The position numbers and the translations under genes were made by a program. Under the pieces are notes generated by a model. That model had not been told where the DNA came from. It made no database searches and was given only the letters and a program-made list of their open reading frames with translations. From positions 384,001 to 448,000 of the forward strand of contig CAVZMI010000023.1 in the NCBI GenBank assembly GCA_963776275.1: 64,000 nucleotides of DNA, given 5' to 3'. Of the stretch, positions 40,577 through 54,534 are shown one piece after another. Each line of letters starts with the position of its first letter. Within the stretch, counting starts at the first letter, position 1. The stretch is from Ignavibacteriota bacterium. Lineage in GTDB: Bacteria > Bacteroidota > Ignavibacteria > UBA10030 > CAVZMI01.

Positions 40577-41044
40577 TTACCACTTAAAGTGGGCAAATGC
40601 CTTATTTGCCTCGGCCATTTTATGAACATCATCACGTTTCTTAATGGCCGCCCCTTCGTTGTTTGCCGCTGCCATAAATTCTGCTGCCAGCTTCTGCGCC
40701 ATTGATTTATCTTTACGCTCTTGAGAATAATTTATTAACCAGCGGATCGCTAGCGCTTCACTGCGTGTCGGACGTACTTCGGTCGGCACCTGATATGTTG
40801 CACCACCAACACGACGGGCACGAACCTCGAGGATGGGTCGAGTATTTTGAACAGCTTTTTTAAAAACGTCGATCCCCTTCTTCTGCGTCTTCTCTTCAAT
40901 AATATCCAATGCATTATACAGCATGCGTCGGGCGAGGTGCTTTTTGCCTCTCTTCATTACATTATTGATAAACTTCGCAATAAGCACGTCGTCAAAGCGC
41001 GGATCTGGTGAAATAATACGTCGTGAAGCTTTTTTCTTTCTCAT
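40577..41044 (-). CDS. rpsG: 30S ribosomal protein S7
   Basis: RRVGGATYQVP, MAEANKAFAHF. Confidence 0.98.
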   Translation of the reverse strand: MRKKKASRRIISPDPRFDDVLIAKFINNVMKRGKKHLARRMLYNALDIIEEKTQKKGIDVFKKAVQNTRPILEVRARRVGGATYQVPTEVRPTRSEALAIRWLINYSQERKDKSMAQKLAAEFMAAANNEGAAIKKRDDVHKMAEANKAFAHFKW

Positions 41045-41055
41045 ATTCTAAAAAT

Positions 41056-41427
41056 TTATTTGGGTCTTTTTGCTCCGTATTTAGAGCGTCCCTGCTTACG
41101 ATCCGCTACTCCTGCTGTATCAAGTGTCCCGCGTATAATATGATAACGAACACCTGGAAGGTCTTTCACACGACCTCCACGAATCATGACAATCGAGTGT
41201 TCCTGGAGATTATGTCCCTCTCCTGGAATGTACGCTGTTACTTCAATACCGTTGGTCAGACGGACACGAGCCACTTTCCGAAGTGCAGAATTTGGTTTCT
41301 TGGGTGTCGTTGTATATACTCTGGTGCATACTCCTCGTTTTTGAGGACTTCCACCAAGTGCTGGCGATTTACTTTTCCAGACAACTATTTCTCGACTATG
41401 ACGAACTAACTGGTTGATTGTTGGCAA
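41056..41427 (-). CDS. rpsL: 30S ribosomal protein S12
   Basis: [32 protein letters not shown]. Confidence 0.99.
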   Translation of the reverse strand: MPTINQLVRHSREIVVWKSKSPALGGSPQKRGVCTRVYTTTPKKPNSALRKVARVRLTNGIEVTAYIPGEGHNLQEHSIVMIRGGRVKDLPGVRYHIIRGTLDTAGVADRKQGRSKYGAKRPK

Positions 41428-41476
41428 ACGAAAAATCTCCTGTTAAACCAGGTTAAAATTAATTGAAAATCTTACA

Positions 41477-41505
41477 AATATAGGTAAAAAAAGAATTTAT
41501 GTCAA
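41477..41505 (-). promoter_or_regulatory. str operon promoter
   Basis: TTGACA-N17-TATATT(TG). Confidence 0.7.
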
Positions 41506-41516
41506 GCATTTTTCAT

Positions 41517-44500
41517 CTATGATGCAACAACCCTTTTTGTTGCTTTCTTCACGGGTTGAGGCGGTTCTTCAATAATCAGGTCATCCTTTTTTGTCACAAG
41601 AATATTCTGGAATTTCTTCAATCCTGTGCCTGCAGGAATCAGATGACCCATTATGACATTCTCTTTCAAACCGAGAAGCGGGTCAATTTTACTCTCGATC
41701 GCCGCATCGGTAAGTACTTTTGTCGTTTCCTGGAATGAGGCGGCAGAAATGAAACTCACAGTCGATAACGCCGCCGAAGTGATACCGAGCAATACGGGTT
41801 CGGATGTCGCTGGTTCGGAATCGCGATACTCGATAACTTTCTTTCCTTTTTTCCGCAACTCACCGTTCATCTCACGGGCTTTTTTCCGTAGCAGGATCTG
41901 CCCGTTCTTCAACTTCGAGTCACCTTTGCTTACAACCACAACTTTGTTTTGTAACAAATCGTTCTCTTCCGTGAGCTTCAGCTTGTCGACATAATCACCT
42001 TCAAGGAACGGTGTATCGCCTGGATCGATGACACGGACCTTCTGCATCATTTGTCGGACAATCACTTCTATATGTTTGTCGTTTATCTTCACACCCTGCA
42101 TTCGATATACTTCCTGAATTTCATTCACCAGATACTCCTGTACCGCACCGACACCTTTAATGCGTAGAATATCATGAGGATCGATTGCTCCGTCCGAGAG
42201 TCGCTCGCCGGCACGGATAACATCATTATCCTGTACGAGAATGTGCTTACCGAGCGGAATCATGTAAGTCCGCTTATCTTTACCATCATGACTCGTCACG
42301 ATAATCTCTCGGGAACCTCGTTTTTGTGCACCAAAGCTCACGACACCATCGATTTCACTGACGATTGCCGGATCGCTCGGACTGCGTGCCTCGAACAATT
42401 CCGTAACGCGCGGCAAACCGCCGGTGATATCTCGGGTCTTACCGATATCGCGCGGAATCTTTACCAGCACAGTACCGGCATAAATACCTTCTCCGTCTTC
42501 GACAACGAGATGCGAACGGGTCGGCAGGATATAACTTCCGGTCTTATCCCCTTTTTTAGTCAGAATATGGAGACTCGGGACAAGTGATCGATCACGCGAA
42601 TCAATGACGACTTTTTGTACGTGTCCCGTTTGTTCATCGGGTTCTTCGCGATATGTGACATTTTCTTTCAGGTCGACATATCTGATGGTTCCGGAATGTT
42701 CTGAAAGAATCGTTGCGTTATATGGATCCCATTCGTAAATAAGGTCCCCTCTTTTTACCGGTGTCCCGTCTTTCATTAATAGTGTTGCACCGTAGGGAAC
42801 GTCGTACTTCGTCAGAATCCTGTTGTCCTTATCCAGAATGTTGATGATACCGCTGCGACCGGAAACGATAATTTTTCCATCTGCACCATCTCCCACCGGA
42901 ATGAGTTTCAAGCCTTCATATTTTATCTTTCCGTCGAATTTGGATGTTACTTGCGATTGTGTTGCAATTAAGCTTGCCGTTCCGCCGGTGTGGAATGTAC
43001 GCAGCGTGAGCTGTGTTCCCGGCTCGCCGATGGACTGTGCGGCGACGATACCGACAGCCTCACCCGGTTCAACTATGTTCCCGGTTGTGAGATTGCGGCC
43101 GTAGCACTTCGCACAGACTCCGCGTTTTGATTCGCATGTCAATACTGATCGAATCTCCACGCTTTCGATAGATGTTTCGGATATCCGCTGGGCTTTCTCT
43201 TCTGTAATTTCTTCGCCGCTTTCGACAATAGTTTCACCGCTAAGAGGATCCACAACATCATGCACTGAGACGCGGCCTACGATACGTTCAGCCAGCGGTT
43301 CTTTAATATCTTCTCCTTCTTTCAACGCACTCGTAACAACCCCACGGATGGTACCGCAATCGTCTTCAGAGATAATGGCATCCTGCGCGACATCAACGAG
43401 ACGACGAGTAAGATATCCCGCGTCGGCAGTCTTTAATGCTGTATCGGCAAGGCCTTTGCGGGCACCGTGTGTTGAAATGAAGTATTCCAGAATCGAGAGA
43501 CCTTCGCGGAAGTTTGCAATAATCGGGTTTTCAATTAATTCACCCGTTGCGCCCGACATGCTTTTCTGAGGTTTCGCCATTAGACCGCGCATACCAGCCA
43601 GCTGGCGTACCTGATCTTTTGATCCGCGGGCGCCGGAGTCAACCATCATGTAGAGCGAATTGAACCCGTCGCGTGAATGTTGAAGCGCATCAAACAAACG
43701 CTCTGCGACACGGCTCGTCGTACGGGTCCAGATATCGACGACTTTATTATACCGTTCACCATCGGTAATGAAACCCTGCAGATACTGGCTCTGTACACGG
43801 TCGACTTCACGTTGAGCTCTATTAATAAGTTCTTCCTTCTCTTTTGGAATTACAACATCACCGATACTCACAGAAAATCCGCCCCGTGTTGCATAGGTAA
43901 AGCCGAGGTCTTTCAATTCATCGAGAAATTCAGATGTTCTGAGATTACCACACTTGCGAAATGAGGCACCTATAATTTGTACTAGACGCGATTTATTCAA
44001 CAGCTCGTTAATAAATCCCAATTCACGCGGAACAATCTGATTGAAGATTACACGACCGACGGTTGTATCGTAAATTCTGCCATCGACGCGTACCTTAATC
44101 CGCGTATGGAGTCCTACCTTTCCATTATTATAGGCAATAAGAACTTCGTTGGTTGATGCGAACAATTTTCCATCACCGATATCATTAGGTTTCGATTTTG
44201 TAAGATAGTAGCATCCCAGAACCTGGTCCTGCGTTGGTGTCACAACCGGCGCACCATGCGCCGGTGAAAGAATGTTATGACTCGACAGCATAAGGATACG
44301 AGCTTCAAGTTGTGCATCGTACGAAAGCGGTACGTGAACAGCCATCTGATCTCCGTCGAAATCGGCATTAAATGCCGTACAGACCATCGGGTGAATTCGA
44401 ATTGCTTTCCCCTCCACCAAAACCGGCTGGAATGCCTGGATACCGAGTCGGTGCAATGTCGGTGCACGGTTTAACAACACTGGATGTCCATCGATAATAT

Positions 44501-45776
44501 TCTCGAGAATTTCCCAGACATCCGGCGTTTTCTTCTCGACCATTTTCTTTGCACTCTTGACCGTTTTGACCAGACCGCGTTCGATGAGCTTACGTATAAC
44601 AAAAGGTTTGAATAGTTCGACCGCCATATCCTTCGGGATGCCGCACTGATGGAGCTTCAATTCGGGACCGACAACGATCACAGAGCGGCCCGAATAATCC
44701 ACACGTTTCCCCAGAAGGTTCTGACGGAACCGCCCCTGCTTTCCTTTGAGCATATCTGAGAGAGATTTGAGGGCACGGTTATTATCACTGCGAACAGCAT
44801 TAACACGACGCGAATTATCGAATAGCGAATCAACCGCTTCCTGCAGCATCCGTTTTTCGTTACGGAGAATGACTTCTGGAGCTTTAATATCGATTAGCCG
44901 TTTCAAACGGTTATTGCGGATGATCACCCGCCGATAGAGATCGTTCAGATCAGATGTCGCGAAACGTCCACCTTCGAGTGGAACAAGCGGTCGGAGCTCC
45001 GGTGGTATGACAGGAATAACGTCCATCACCATCCATTCAGGACGGTTTACAGGAACCTCCTCACGCTGGCGAAATGCTTCAACGACACGCAACCGCTTCA
45101 AGGCTTCCGTCTTCTTCTGAGCCGAAGTCTCTTCTTTAACCGACATCCTCAACTCGGCCGAGAGAATTTCGATTTCTACCCGTTTCAACAACTCTTTAAT
45201 CGCTTCGCCACCTATGCCGGCCAGAAATTTTTTCGGATCGACGTGGTCGAGTTCCTGGTTCTTTGCAGGCAGACTTGCAAGCGCTTCGAAATATTGATCT
45301 TCCGAAATCAGCTCGCCCTTTTTCAAACCTGTTGGACCCGGGTTGATAACGACATACGATTCGTAATAAATAATCTTTTCTAGATCCTTCGAACTTATTC
45401 CGAGAATATAGCCGATCTTGCTAGGTAGCGATCGGAAATACCAGATATGCACCACAGGAACAGCGAGAGCGATATGTCCCATCCGTTCACGGCGAACGCT
45501 TTTTTGCGTCACTTCGACGCCGCACCGGTCACAGATGATTCCTTTGTACCGGATGCGTTTATATTTTCCGCAATGGCACTCCCAATCGCGAACAGGACCG
45601 AAGATTTTCTCGCAGAAGAGTCCATCTTTTTCCGGACGGAATGACCGATAGTTGATTGTTTCTGGTTTGGTCACTTCTCCGTGCGACCGAGCCAGTATTG
45701 CATCAGGTGATGCAAGGCTGATCATAATCCGATGGAAATTCTTTCTTATTGTTATATCTTGTGTTGTATATGACAT
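41517..45776 (-). CDS. rpoC: RNA polymerase beta' subunit
   Basis: [43 protein letters not shown]. Confidence 0.99.
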   Translation of the reverse strand: MSYTTQDITIRKNFHRIMISLASPDAILARSHGEVTKPETINYRSFRPEKDGLFCEKIFGPVRDWECHCGKYKRIRYKGIICDRCGVEVTQKSVRRERMGHIALAVPVVHIWYFRSLPSKIGYILGISSKDLEKIIYYESYVVINPGPTGLKKGELISEDQYFEALASLPAKNQELDHVDPKKFLAGIGGEAIKELLKRVEIEILSAELRMSVKEETSAQKKTEALKRLRVVEAFRQREEVPVNRPEWMVMDVIPVIPPELRPLVPLEGGRFATSDLNDLYRRVIIRNNRLKRLIDIKAPEVILRNEKRMLQEAVDSLFDNSRRVNAVRSDNNRALKSLSDMLKGKQGRFRQNLLGKRVDYSGRSVIVVGPELKLHQCGIPKDMAVELFKPFVIRKLIERGLVKTVKSAKKMVEKKTPDVWEILENIIDGHPVLLNRAPTLHRLGIQAFQPVLVEGKAIRIHPMVCTAFNADFDGDQMAVHVPLSYDAQLEARILMLSSHNILSPAHGAPVVTPTQDQVLGCYYLTKSKPNDIGDGKLFASTNEVLIAYNNGKVGLHTRIKVRVDGRIYDTTVGRVIFNQIVPRELGFINELLNKSRLVQIIGASFRKCGNLRTSEFLDELKDLGFTYATRGGFSVSIGDVVIPKEKEELINRAQREVDRVQSQYLQGFITDGERYNKVVDIWTRTTSRVAERLFDALQHSRDGFNSLYMMVDSGARGSKDQVRQLAGMRGLMAKPQKSMSGATGELIENPIIANFREGLSILEYFISTHGARKGLADTALKTADAGYLTRRLVDVAQDAIISEDDCGTIRGVVTSALKEGEDIKEPLAERIVGRVSVHDVVDPLSGETIVESGEEITEEKAQRISETSIESVEIRSVLTCESKRGVCAKCYGRNLTTGNIVEPGEAVGIVAAQSIGEPGTQLTLRTFHTGGTASLIATQSQVTSKFDGKIKYEGLKLIPVGDGADGKIIVSGRSGIINILDKDNRILTKYDVPYGATLLMKDGTPVKRGDLIYEWDPYNATILSEHSGTIRYVDLKENVTYREEPDEQTGHVQKVVIDSRDRSLVPSLHILTKKGDKTGSYILPTRSHLVVEDGEGIYAGTVLVKIPRDIGKTRDITGGLPRVTELFEARSPSDPAIVSEIDGVVSFGAQKRGSREIIVTSHDGKDKRTYMIPLGKHILVQDNDVIRAGERLSDGAIDPHDILRIKGVGAVQEYLVNEIQEVYRMQGVKINDKHIEVIVRQMMQKVRVIDPGDTPFLEGDYVDKLKLTEENDLLQNKVVVVSKGDSKLKNGQILLRKKAREMNGELRKKGKKVIEYRDSEPATSEPVLLGITSAALSTVSFISAASFQETTKVLTDAAIESKIDPLLGLKENVIMGHLIPAGTGLKKFQNILVTKKDDLIIEEPPQPVKKATKRVVAS

Positions 45777-45917
45777 TGCCCCCTCCAAAAACATGATGTC
45801 TAAGCCGAAGGCTTATGCATGTCCTGCTGGCAGATTTGCCTAAGTTCCTATAGTAATCGGGACATCGGCGAGCAAGCAGGCGTTTCGCTTTACAGCCGGG
45901 CGTCTCTGGCGCAGATG

Positions 45918-49705
<3,788 letters not shown>

Positions 49706-49853
49706 GAGTACCGCTCCTTATCGTTTTTAAAAATCAGTGACACACGACCAATGACATGAGGGTAAAAAGTTAGCAAGCCGACACCCGGGAATGCTTCGCA
49801 TTATCAGGATCGACCTACTCACTCCACCGATAGCGGACTGAAAATGTCGATCG

Positions 49854-50234
49854 TTACTTCAGCTCGACTTTTGCTCCGGCGTCCTCAAGTTCTTTCTTTA
49901 ATTTCTGCGCCTCTTCCTTATTGATACCTTCCTTCACAGGTTTCGGTGCACCATCAACGAGATCTTTTGCTTCTTTCAATCCAAGACCTGTCGCAGCACG
50001 AACAACCTTAATCACGTTAATCTTCTGTCCACCAACTTCAAGTAACGTTACAGTGAACTCGGTCTTTTCTTCCGAAGCTGGAGCAGCCGCACCGGCAGCA
50101 GGAACTGCCCCGGCAACCATCATCGGCGCCGCGGCAGTAACACCAAATTTTTCTTCAAGGGCTTTTTTCAACTCGGCTGCTTCGAGCAGCGTAAGTTTTT
50201 CGATTTTCTCAACCAATTCTTGTACGACTGACAT
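49854..50234 (-). CDS. rplL: 50S ribosomal protein L7/L12
   Basis: [27 protein letters not shown]. Confidence 0.98.
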   Translation of the reverse strand: MSVVQELVEKIEKLTLLEAAELKKALEEKFGVTAAAPMMVAGAVPAAGAAAPASEEKTEFTVTLLEVGGQKINVIKVVRAATGLGLKEAKDLVDGAPKPVKEGINKEEAQKLKKELEDAGAKVELK

Positions 50235-50277
50235 GCCTATATCTCCTTTTCTGATATTTTCTCTTTTTACATTTCAG

Positions 50278-50799
50278 TTATGCTGCTTTTTTCTTTTCGA
50301 TCTGATCAATCACATTAACTAAGTTGCGCGTTACAGCGTTGATAGCGCCTACAACACCCGAAATCGGTGCGTCGAGGCTGCCAAGAATCGATCGGATTAT
50401 TTCGCCTCGTGATGGAAGTGCCGCCAGTTGTGGAAGCTGGGCCCCTGCATAAACGGTTTTTTCCAGCACGGCGATCTTGAGCTGCAGCTTTTCGTATTTA
50501 TCACGGAACTTTTTAATGACCTTTGCCGGGGCAGTTGGGTCATCGTACGCAAAGGCTATGCCGGTTGGACCAACCAGGACATCGTAAACCTTATCGTATC
50601 CGGTCACTTCTTCCAGCGCCTTTCGTGCGAGCGTATTCTTTACAACTCTGTAATCGACACCCGATTTGCGGAACTCGCGTCGGAGCTCGGTCGCCTGTTC
50701 GACTGTCAACCCAGAGAAATCAGTAAGGAACAATCCCTTGGATCGAGTTAGTTTCTCGACTACCTCGGCAACTATCTGTTCTTTTTCTGATCGTTTCAT
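50278..50799 (-). CDS. rplJ: 50S ribosomal protein L10
   Basis: DFSGLTV, VVKNTLA, GPTGIAF, LAALPSR. Confidence 0.97.
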   Translation of the reverse strand: MKRSEKEQIVAEVVEKLTRSKGLFLTDFSGLTVEQATELRREFRKSGVDYRVVKNTLARKALEEVTGYDKVYDVLVGPTGIAFAYDDPTAPAKVIKKFRDKYEKLQLKIAVLEKTVYAGAQLPQLAALPSRGEIIRSILGSLDAPISGVVGAINAVTRNLVNVIDQIEKKKAA

Positions 50800-50895
50800 G
50801 TACTCCTCAGTTTATCTTTCTGTTGCACGATGAGAAGCCCTCACGGCATTTGCCTGAGGCATCGTACATTTATTAAGTAACGAGTGCGTAATTTT

Positions 50896-51591
50896 TCAGT
50901 GTACAGCAAGAACATTTCGATCGATTTTCACGCCGGGGCCCATAGTGCTCGAGATGGCAATGCTTCGCACGTATTGTCCTTTCGCTGACGACGGTTTTAG
51001 ACGGACCACCGTGTTCAAGAAGGTCTGAATATTCTCGACCAGCTTTTGTCTTTCAAAATTTGCTTTCCCGACCGTCGCATGAAGAATTCCGGCTTTATCA
51101 ACACGAAATTCAATCTTTCCGGCTTTGACTTCCTTCACCGCTTTGGCTACATCTGGTGTTACCGTGCCGCTCTTGGGGTTTGGCATCAATCCGCGGGGAC
51201 CAAGAAGTTTTCCAAGTTTTCCGACTTCTCCCATAACGTCAGGAGCAGCAATAATCACATCGATTTCAGCCCAACCCGACTGTAATTTCTGGACATACTC
51301 TGCCAGTCCTGCATGATCCGCACCTGCTGCCTTGGCTTCCTCATCCTTCGGCGGTTTTGCAAGAACCAGCACCCTGACTTCCTTTCCTATTCCGTGGGGA
51401 AGCGAAACGGTCCCACGAATTGCCTGATCGGCTTTTTTCGGATCGACGCCGAGGCGGACCGCAATATCGACCCCCTCATTAAATTTTGCAGTAGCGGTAT
51501 CTTTTACAATGTCGACCGCTTCTTCAATTGTATAGAGTTTCTTTGGATCGACTTTTGCAGCAACTGTTTTAAAACGTTTACTCTGTTTCAT
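50896..51591 (-). CDS. rplA: 50S ribosomal protein L1
   Basis: LGVDPKKADQ, LGPRGLMPNPKSGTV, SSTMGPG. Confidence 0.98.
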   Translation of the reverse strand: MKQSKRFKTVAAKVDPKKLYTIEEAVDIVKDTATAKFNEGVDIAVRLGVDPKKADQAIRGTVSLPHGIGKEVRVLVLAKPPKDEEAKAAGADHAGLAEYVQKLQSGWAEIDVIIAAPDVMGEVGKLGKLLGPRGLMPNPKSGTVTPDVAKAVKEVKAGKIEFRVDKAGILHATVGKANFERQKLVENIQTFLNTVVRLKPSSAKGQYVRSIAISSTMGPGVKIDRNVLAVH

Positions 51592-51653
51592 CGATTGTTC
51601 CTTCGATTAAGTGGTCCAGGCGTCTGTGTACCTCAGACTTCCACGTGATGATT

Positions 51654-52080
51654 TTATGCTTCGACTGTAATTCCCATGCTTCGTGCCGTTCCGGCAACCA
51701 TGCGTGCGGCTGCTTCGATATCATACGCATTCAGATCGGCCATTTTTGATTGTGCAATTTCACGTACTTGTTTCATCGTTACATTTCCGACTTTCGTTCT
51801 GTTCGGTTCGGCTGATCCTTTTTCAAGCTTTGCCGCTTTCAATAAAAGAACCGACGCCGGAGGTGTCTTTGTGATAAAGGTGAACGATTTATCCGAATAT
51901 ACCGTTATCACAACGGGAATGATTAGACCTTGCTGATCCTTTGTACGCATGTTGAAGGTCTTACAAAACTCCATAATGTTGACGCCCTTTTGTCCGAGTG
52001 CCGGGACCGACTGGCGGCGCAGGGTTAGCCTGTCCTGCCGGAATTTGGAGTTTTATGTATCCAGCTATTTTCTTTGCCAT
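51654..52080 (-). CDS. rplK: 50S ribosomal protein L11; one extra base in a homopolymer near 52004
   Basis: Manual translation [26 protein letters not shown] joins [21 protein letters not shown]. Confidence 0.96.
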
Positions 52081-52114
52081 TTAATGCTCGCTGCTTTATT
52101 TATAGATAGACTAT

Positions 52115-52648
52115 TTACTTTTCAGCTTCAACCTGACCGAAATCCAACTCCACCGGTGTTTTCCGGCCGAAGATACTCACCATCACTTTAAGTTTCATTT
52201 TCTCTTCGTTCACTTCCTGGACAAAACCCGTGAAATTATTGAAATGACCATCAATGACTTTGACGGGTTCACCGATATGGAATGGAGTCTCGATCAATTC
52301 GACATCTTTCTTCTCTTCAATCTTTCCGATCAATCTGCGTACTTCATCAACCTGAAGCGGGACGGGTGTATTCTTCGGGCCGACAAAATTCATCACCGAC
52401 GGTGTATTCAGGATAAGATCCTTCACCTTCACATCCATCTCGGCTTCGATAAGTATGTAACCGGGGAAGAAGGTTTTGGTTTTACTCTTCTTCTTTCCCT
52501 CCTTCACCTCGAATACTTTTTCGGATGGGACAAGAACGTTCGTAATTTTTTCCTGCATCCCTCGTTCGACGATTTCATGCTCGAGGTAATTTTTTACCTT
52601 ATTTTCGTGTCCCGAATATGTCCGGACCACATACCACTTTTTGTCCAC
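52115..52648 (-). CDS. nusG: Transcription termination/antitermination factor NusG
   Basis: WYVVRTYSGHE, FPGYIL, VSIFGRKTPVEL. Confidence 0.98.
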   Translation of the reverse strand: MDKKWYVVRTYSGHENKVKNYLEHEIVERGMQEKITNVLVPSEKVFEVKEGKKKSKTKTFFPGYILIEAEMDVKVKDLILNTPSVMNFVGPKNTPVPLQVDEVRRLIGKIEEKKDVELIETPFHIGEPVKVIDGHFNNFTGFVQEVNEEKMKLKVMVSIFGRKTPVELDFGQVEAEK

Positions 52649-52677
52649 AATTGTCTCGACCTTCCTTTAAACGAGGA

Positions 52678-52860
52678 TTAAAGGATAAACTTAAGAATTT
52701 GACTCACAGCCGTATCGATCAAATAAATGAACGCTGCGATAATAAGGCATACCACGATAATCACCATTGTTGATTCACGCAGCTCATCTTTTTTAGGCCA
52801 CGTGACTTTCGCCATTTCCTTGGTGATATCGATGAAGAAAGCAATAATTTTTTCTTTCAT
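52678..52860 (-). CDS. secE: Preprotein translocase subunit SecE
   Basis: EMAKVTWP followed by one TM helix; between tRNA-Trp and nusG. Confidence 0.95.
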   Translation of the reverse strand: MKEKIIAFFIDITKEMAKVTWPKKDELRESTMVIIVVCLIIAAFIYLIDTAVSQILKFIL

Positions 52861-52936
52861 AATTCAATCACTGATAGTATAGGTACCGTTCTTTGATCTA
52901 TTTTCTCCGCTTCATCCCGCCTTTTACCTTTCGACT

Positions 52937-52973
52937 TCGCTCCCCGTCTCGCCGAGGCTCGCCGAGGCGGACG
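52937..52973. repeat. 37-nt hairpin element, second copy
   Basis: TCGCTCCCCGTCTCGCCGAGGCTCGCCGAGGCGGACG vs 36950-36986 (2 mismatches). Confidence 0.75.
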
Positions 52974-52989
52974 CTTCGTCGGAAGGTTG

Positions 52990-53062
52990 CACGTCAGGAG
53001 GGACTCGAACCCCCAACCTGCGGTTTTGGAGACCGCTGCTCTACCAATTAAGCTACTGACGT
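52990..53062 (-). tRNA. tRNA-Trp(CCA)
   Basis: Cloverleaf: ACGTCAG/CTGACGT acceptor, CTCCAAA anticodon loop, GGTTCGAGTCC T-arm. Confidence 0.96.
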
Positions 53063-53098
53063 ATGTATGACATTATAAGAGATTCATCGACCAAAGAG

Positions 53099-53248
53099 TT
53101 ATTTTGTCTCTTTGTGTTGGGTATGTTTTCCACAGTAGCGGCAATACTTTTTGTACTCGACTCTACCCGATTGTATTTTTTTATTTTTAGTAGTCGAATA
53201 ATTTCGACGTTTGCACTCCGTGCATTCCAGCGTGATAATGTCTCTCAC
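53099..53248 (-). CDS. rpmG: 50S ribosomal protein L33 (zinc-motif form)
   Basis: Manual translation [41 protein letters not shown]; AGGAG SD, GTG start. Confidence 0.96.
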   Translation of the reverse strand: MRDIITLECTECKRRNYSTTKNKKIQSGRVEYKKYCRYCGKHTQHKETK

Positions 53249-53288
53249 GTATGACTCCTAATTCGTTAATAAGACTTTTTAATTCCCG

Positions 53289-53361
<73 letters not shown>

Positions 53362-53470
53362 GTGTAAATCGCGAATTACACCTACGGCCCGTAGGGAATT
53401 TTGAATTACAAATGTCCTACTCTATACCATCATCATTCATCATTAACAATTCGCAATTCAGCATTTAAAA

Positions 53471-53912
53471 GAGCGGGAGACGGGACTTCCCGCCTCCGGC
53501 GGGACGACCAACAGCTTGCGCGCTGGGGCCTTCTCCTCCTCTTAAAAACAGTGAATCATTTTTTGACTAATAGATAAGACCTACCCACATTCACAATTCT
53601 TCATTCATCATTGACACGAGCGGGAGACGGGACTTCCCGCCTCCGGCGGGACGACCAACAGCTTGCGCGCTGGGGTCCTTCTCCTCCTCTTAAAAACAGT
53701 GAATCATTTTTTGACTAATAGATAAGACCTACCCACATTCACAATTCTTCATTCATCATTGACACGAGCGGGAGACGGGACTTCCCGCCTCCGGCGGGAC
53801 GACCAACAGCTTGCGCGCTGGGTCCTTCTCCTCCTCTTAAAAACAGTGAATCATTTTTTGACTAATAGATAAGACCTACCCACATTCACAATTCTTCATT
53901 CATCATTGACAC
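53471..53912 (-). repeat. Three tandem 147-148 bp tRNA-Gly-linked repeats
   Basis: Units start at 53471, 53618, 53766; identical except at one G-run; each contains a modified 3' half of tRNA-Gly. Confidence 0.93.
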
Positions 53913-53913
53913 G

Positions 53914-53986
53914 AGCGGGAGACGGGACTCGAACCCGCGACCAACAGCTTGGAAGGCTGTGACTCTACCAACTGAGTTACTCCCGC
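53914..53986 (-). tRNA. tRNA-Gly(TCC)
   Basis: GCGGGAG/CTCCCGC acceptor, CTTCCAA anticodon loop, GGTTCGAGTCC T-arm. Confidence 0.96.
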
Positions 53987-53991
53987 CTGTA

Positions 53992-54117
53992 AATTCTGAA
54001 TTATGAAATGTGAATAGTGAATGTTTCAAAGTCTAATTCTTTTTATTGGCTGATTCTTTTTTTAGTCCCAAGCCATCTTTTTCATTCACAATTCACAACA
54101 CACTATTCACTATTTAC
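53992..54117. repeat. Inverted heptamer arrays between tRNA-Tyr and tRNA-Gly
   Basis: AATTCTG AATTATG AAATGTG AATAGTG ... CATTCAC AATTCAC AACACAC TATTCAC TATTTAC. Confidence 0.7.
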
Positions 54118-54120
54118 ATG

Positions 54121-54204
54121 TGGGCAGGGAAGGATTCGAACCTCCGAAGGCGCTCGGCCGACAGATTTACAGTCTGTTGCGTTTAACCACTTCGCTACCT
54201 GCCC
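54121..54204 (-). tRNA. tRNA-Tyr(GTA)
   Basis: GGGCAGG/CCTGCCC acceptor, CTGTAAA anticodon loop, long variable arm, GGTTCGAATCC. Confidence 0.96.
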
Positions 54205-54226
54205 GTAAAGATAAAAAAATTCTCTG

Positions 54227-54265
54227 GCTGGCGATTCCGCCCCAAGCGGGATGACCTGCTGATTA
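54227..54265 (-). pseudogene. Duplicated 3' half of tRNA-Thr(TGT) with T-loop replaced by a hairpin
   Basis: Plus strand GCTGGCGAT-[TCCGCCCCAAGCGG]-GATGACCTGCTGATTA vs the real gene GCTGGCGAT-[CGGACTTGAACC]-GATGACCTGCTGATTA. Confidence 0.8.
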
Positions 54266-54284
54266 TCCCAACAACCTCTCATAG

Positions 54285-54357
54285 AGCTGGCGATCGGACT
54301 TGAACCGATGACCTGCTGATTACAAGTCAGCTGCTCTACCAACTGAGCTACGCCAGC
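54285..54357 (-). tRNA. tRNA-Thr(TGT)
   Basis: GCTGGCG/CGCCAGC acceptor, TTGTAA anticodon loop, GGTTCAAGTCC T-arm. Confidence 0.96.
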
Positions 54358-54477
54358 GCGAAGCGGTATCGGTTGTCGGGACTGAGCTAAGCCAGCATGA
54401 TATAGCAGAAGTTGCTGGAACCGTTCTACAAAATGAATTACCTTAGCAAAAATCGAACCAAATTAGTTAAGCCTTAA

Positions 54478-54505
54478 AATATACGATTTTTTTACATAAA
54501 GTCAA
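54478..54505 (-). promoter_or_regulatory. Promoter of tRNA-Thr-Tyr-Gly-Thr cluster
   Basis: TTGACT-N16-TATATT. Confidence 0.6.
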
Positions 54506-54534
54506 TCAACTAATTCAATAATTTCACTATTTTT

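Noticed and set aside
50800-50895. L10 leader RNA before rplJ
   Set aside because: A hairpin is present but the canonical leader motifs were not recognisable
53471-53930. CRISPR-like appearance of regularly spaced repeats
   Set aside because: Intervening sequences are identical, the unit is 147 bp and tRNA-derived, and no cas genes are in the window
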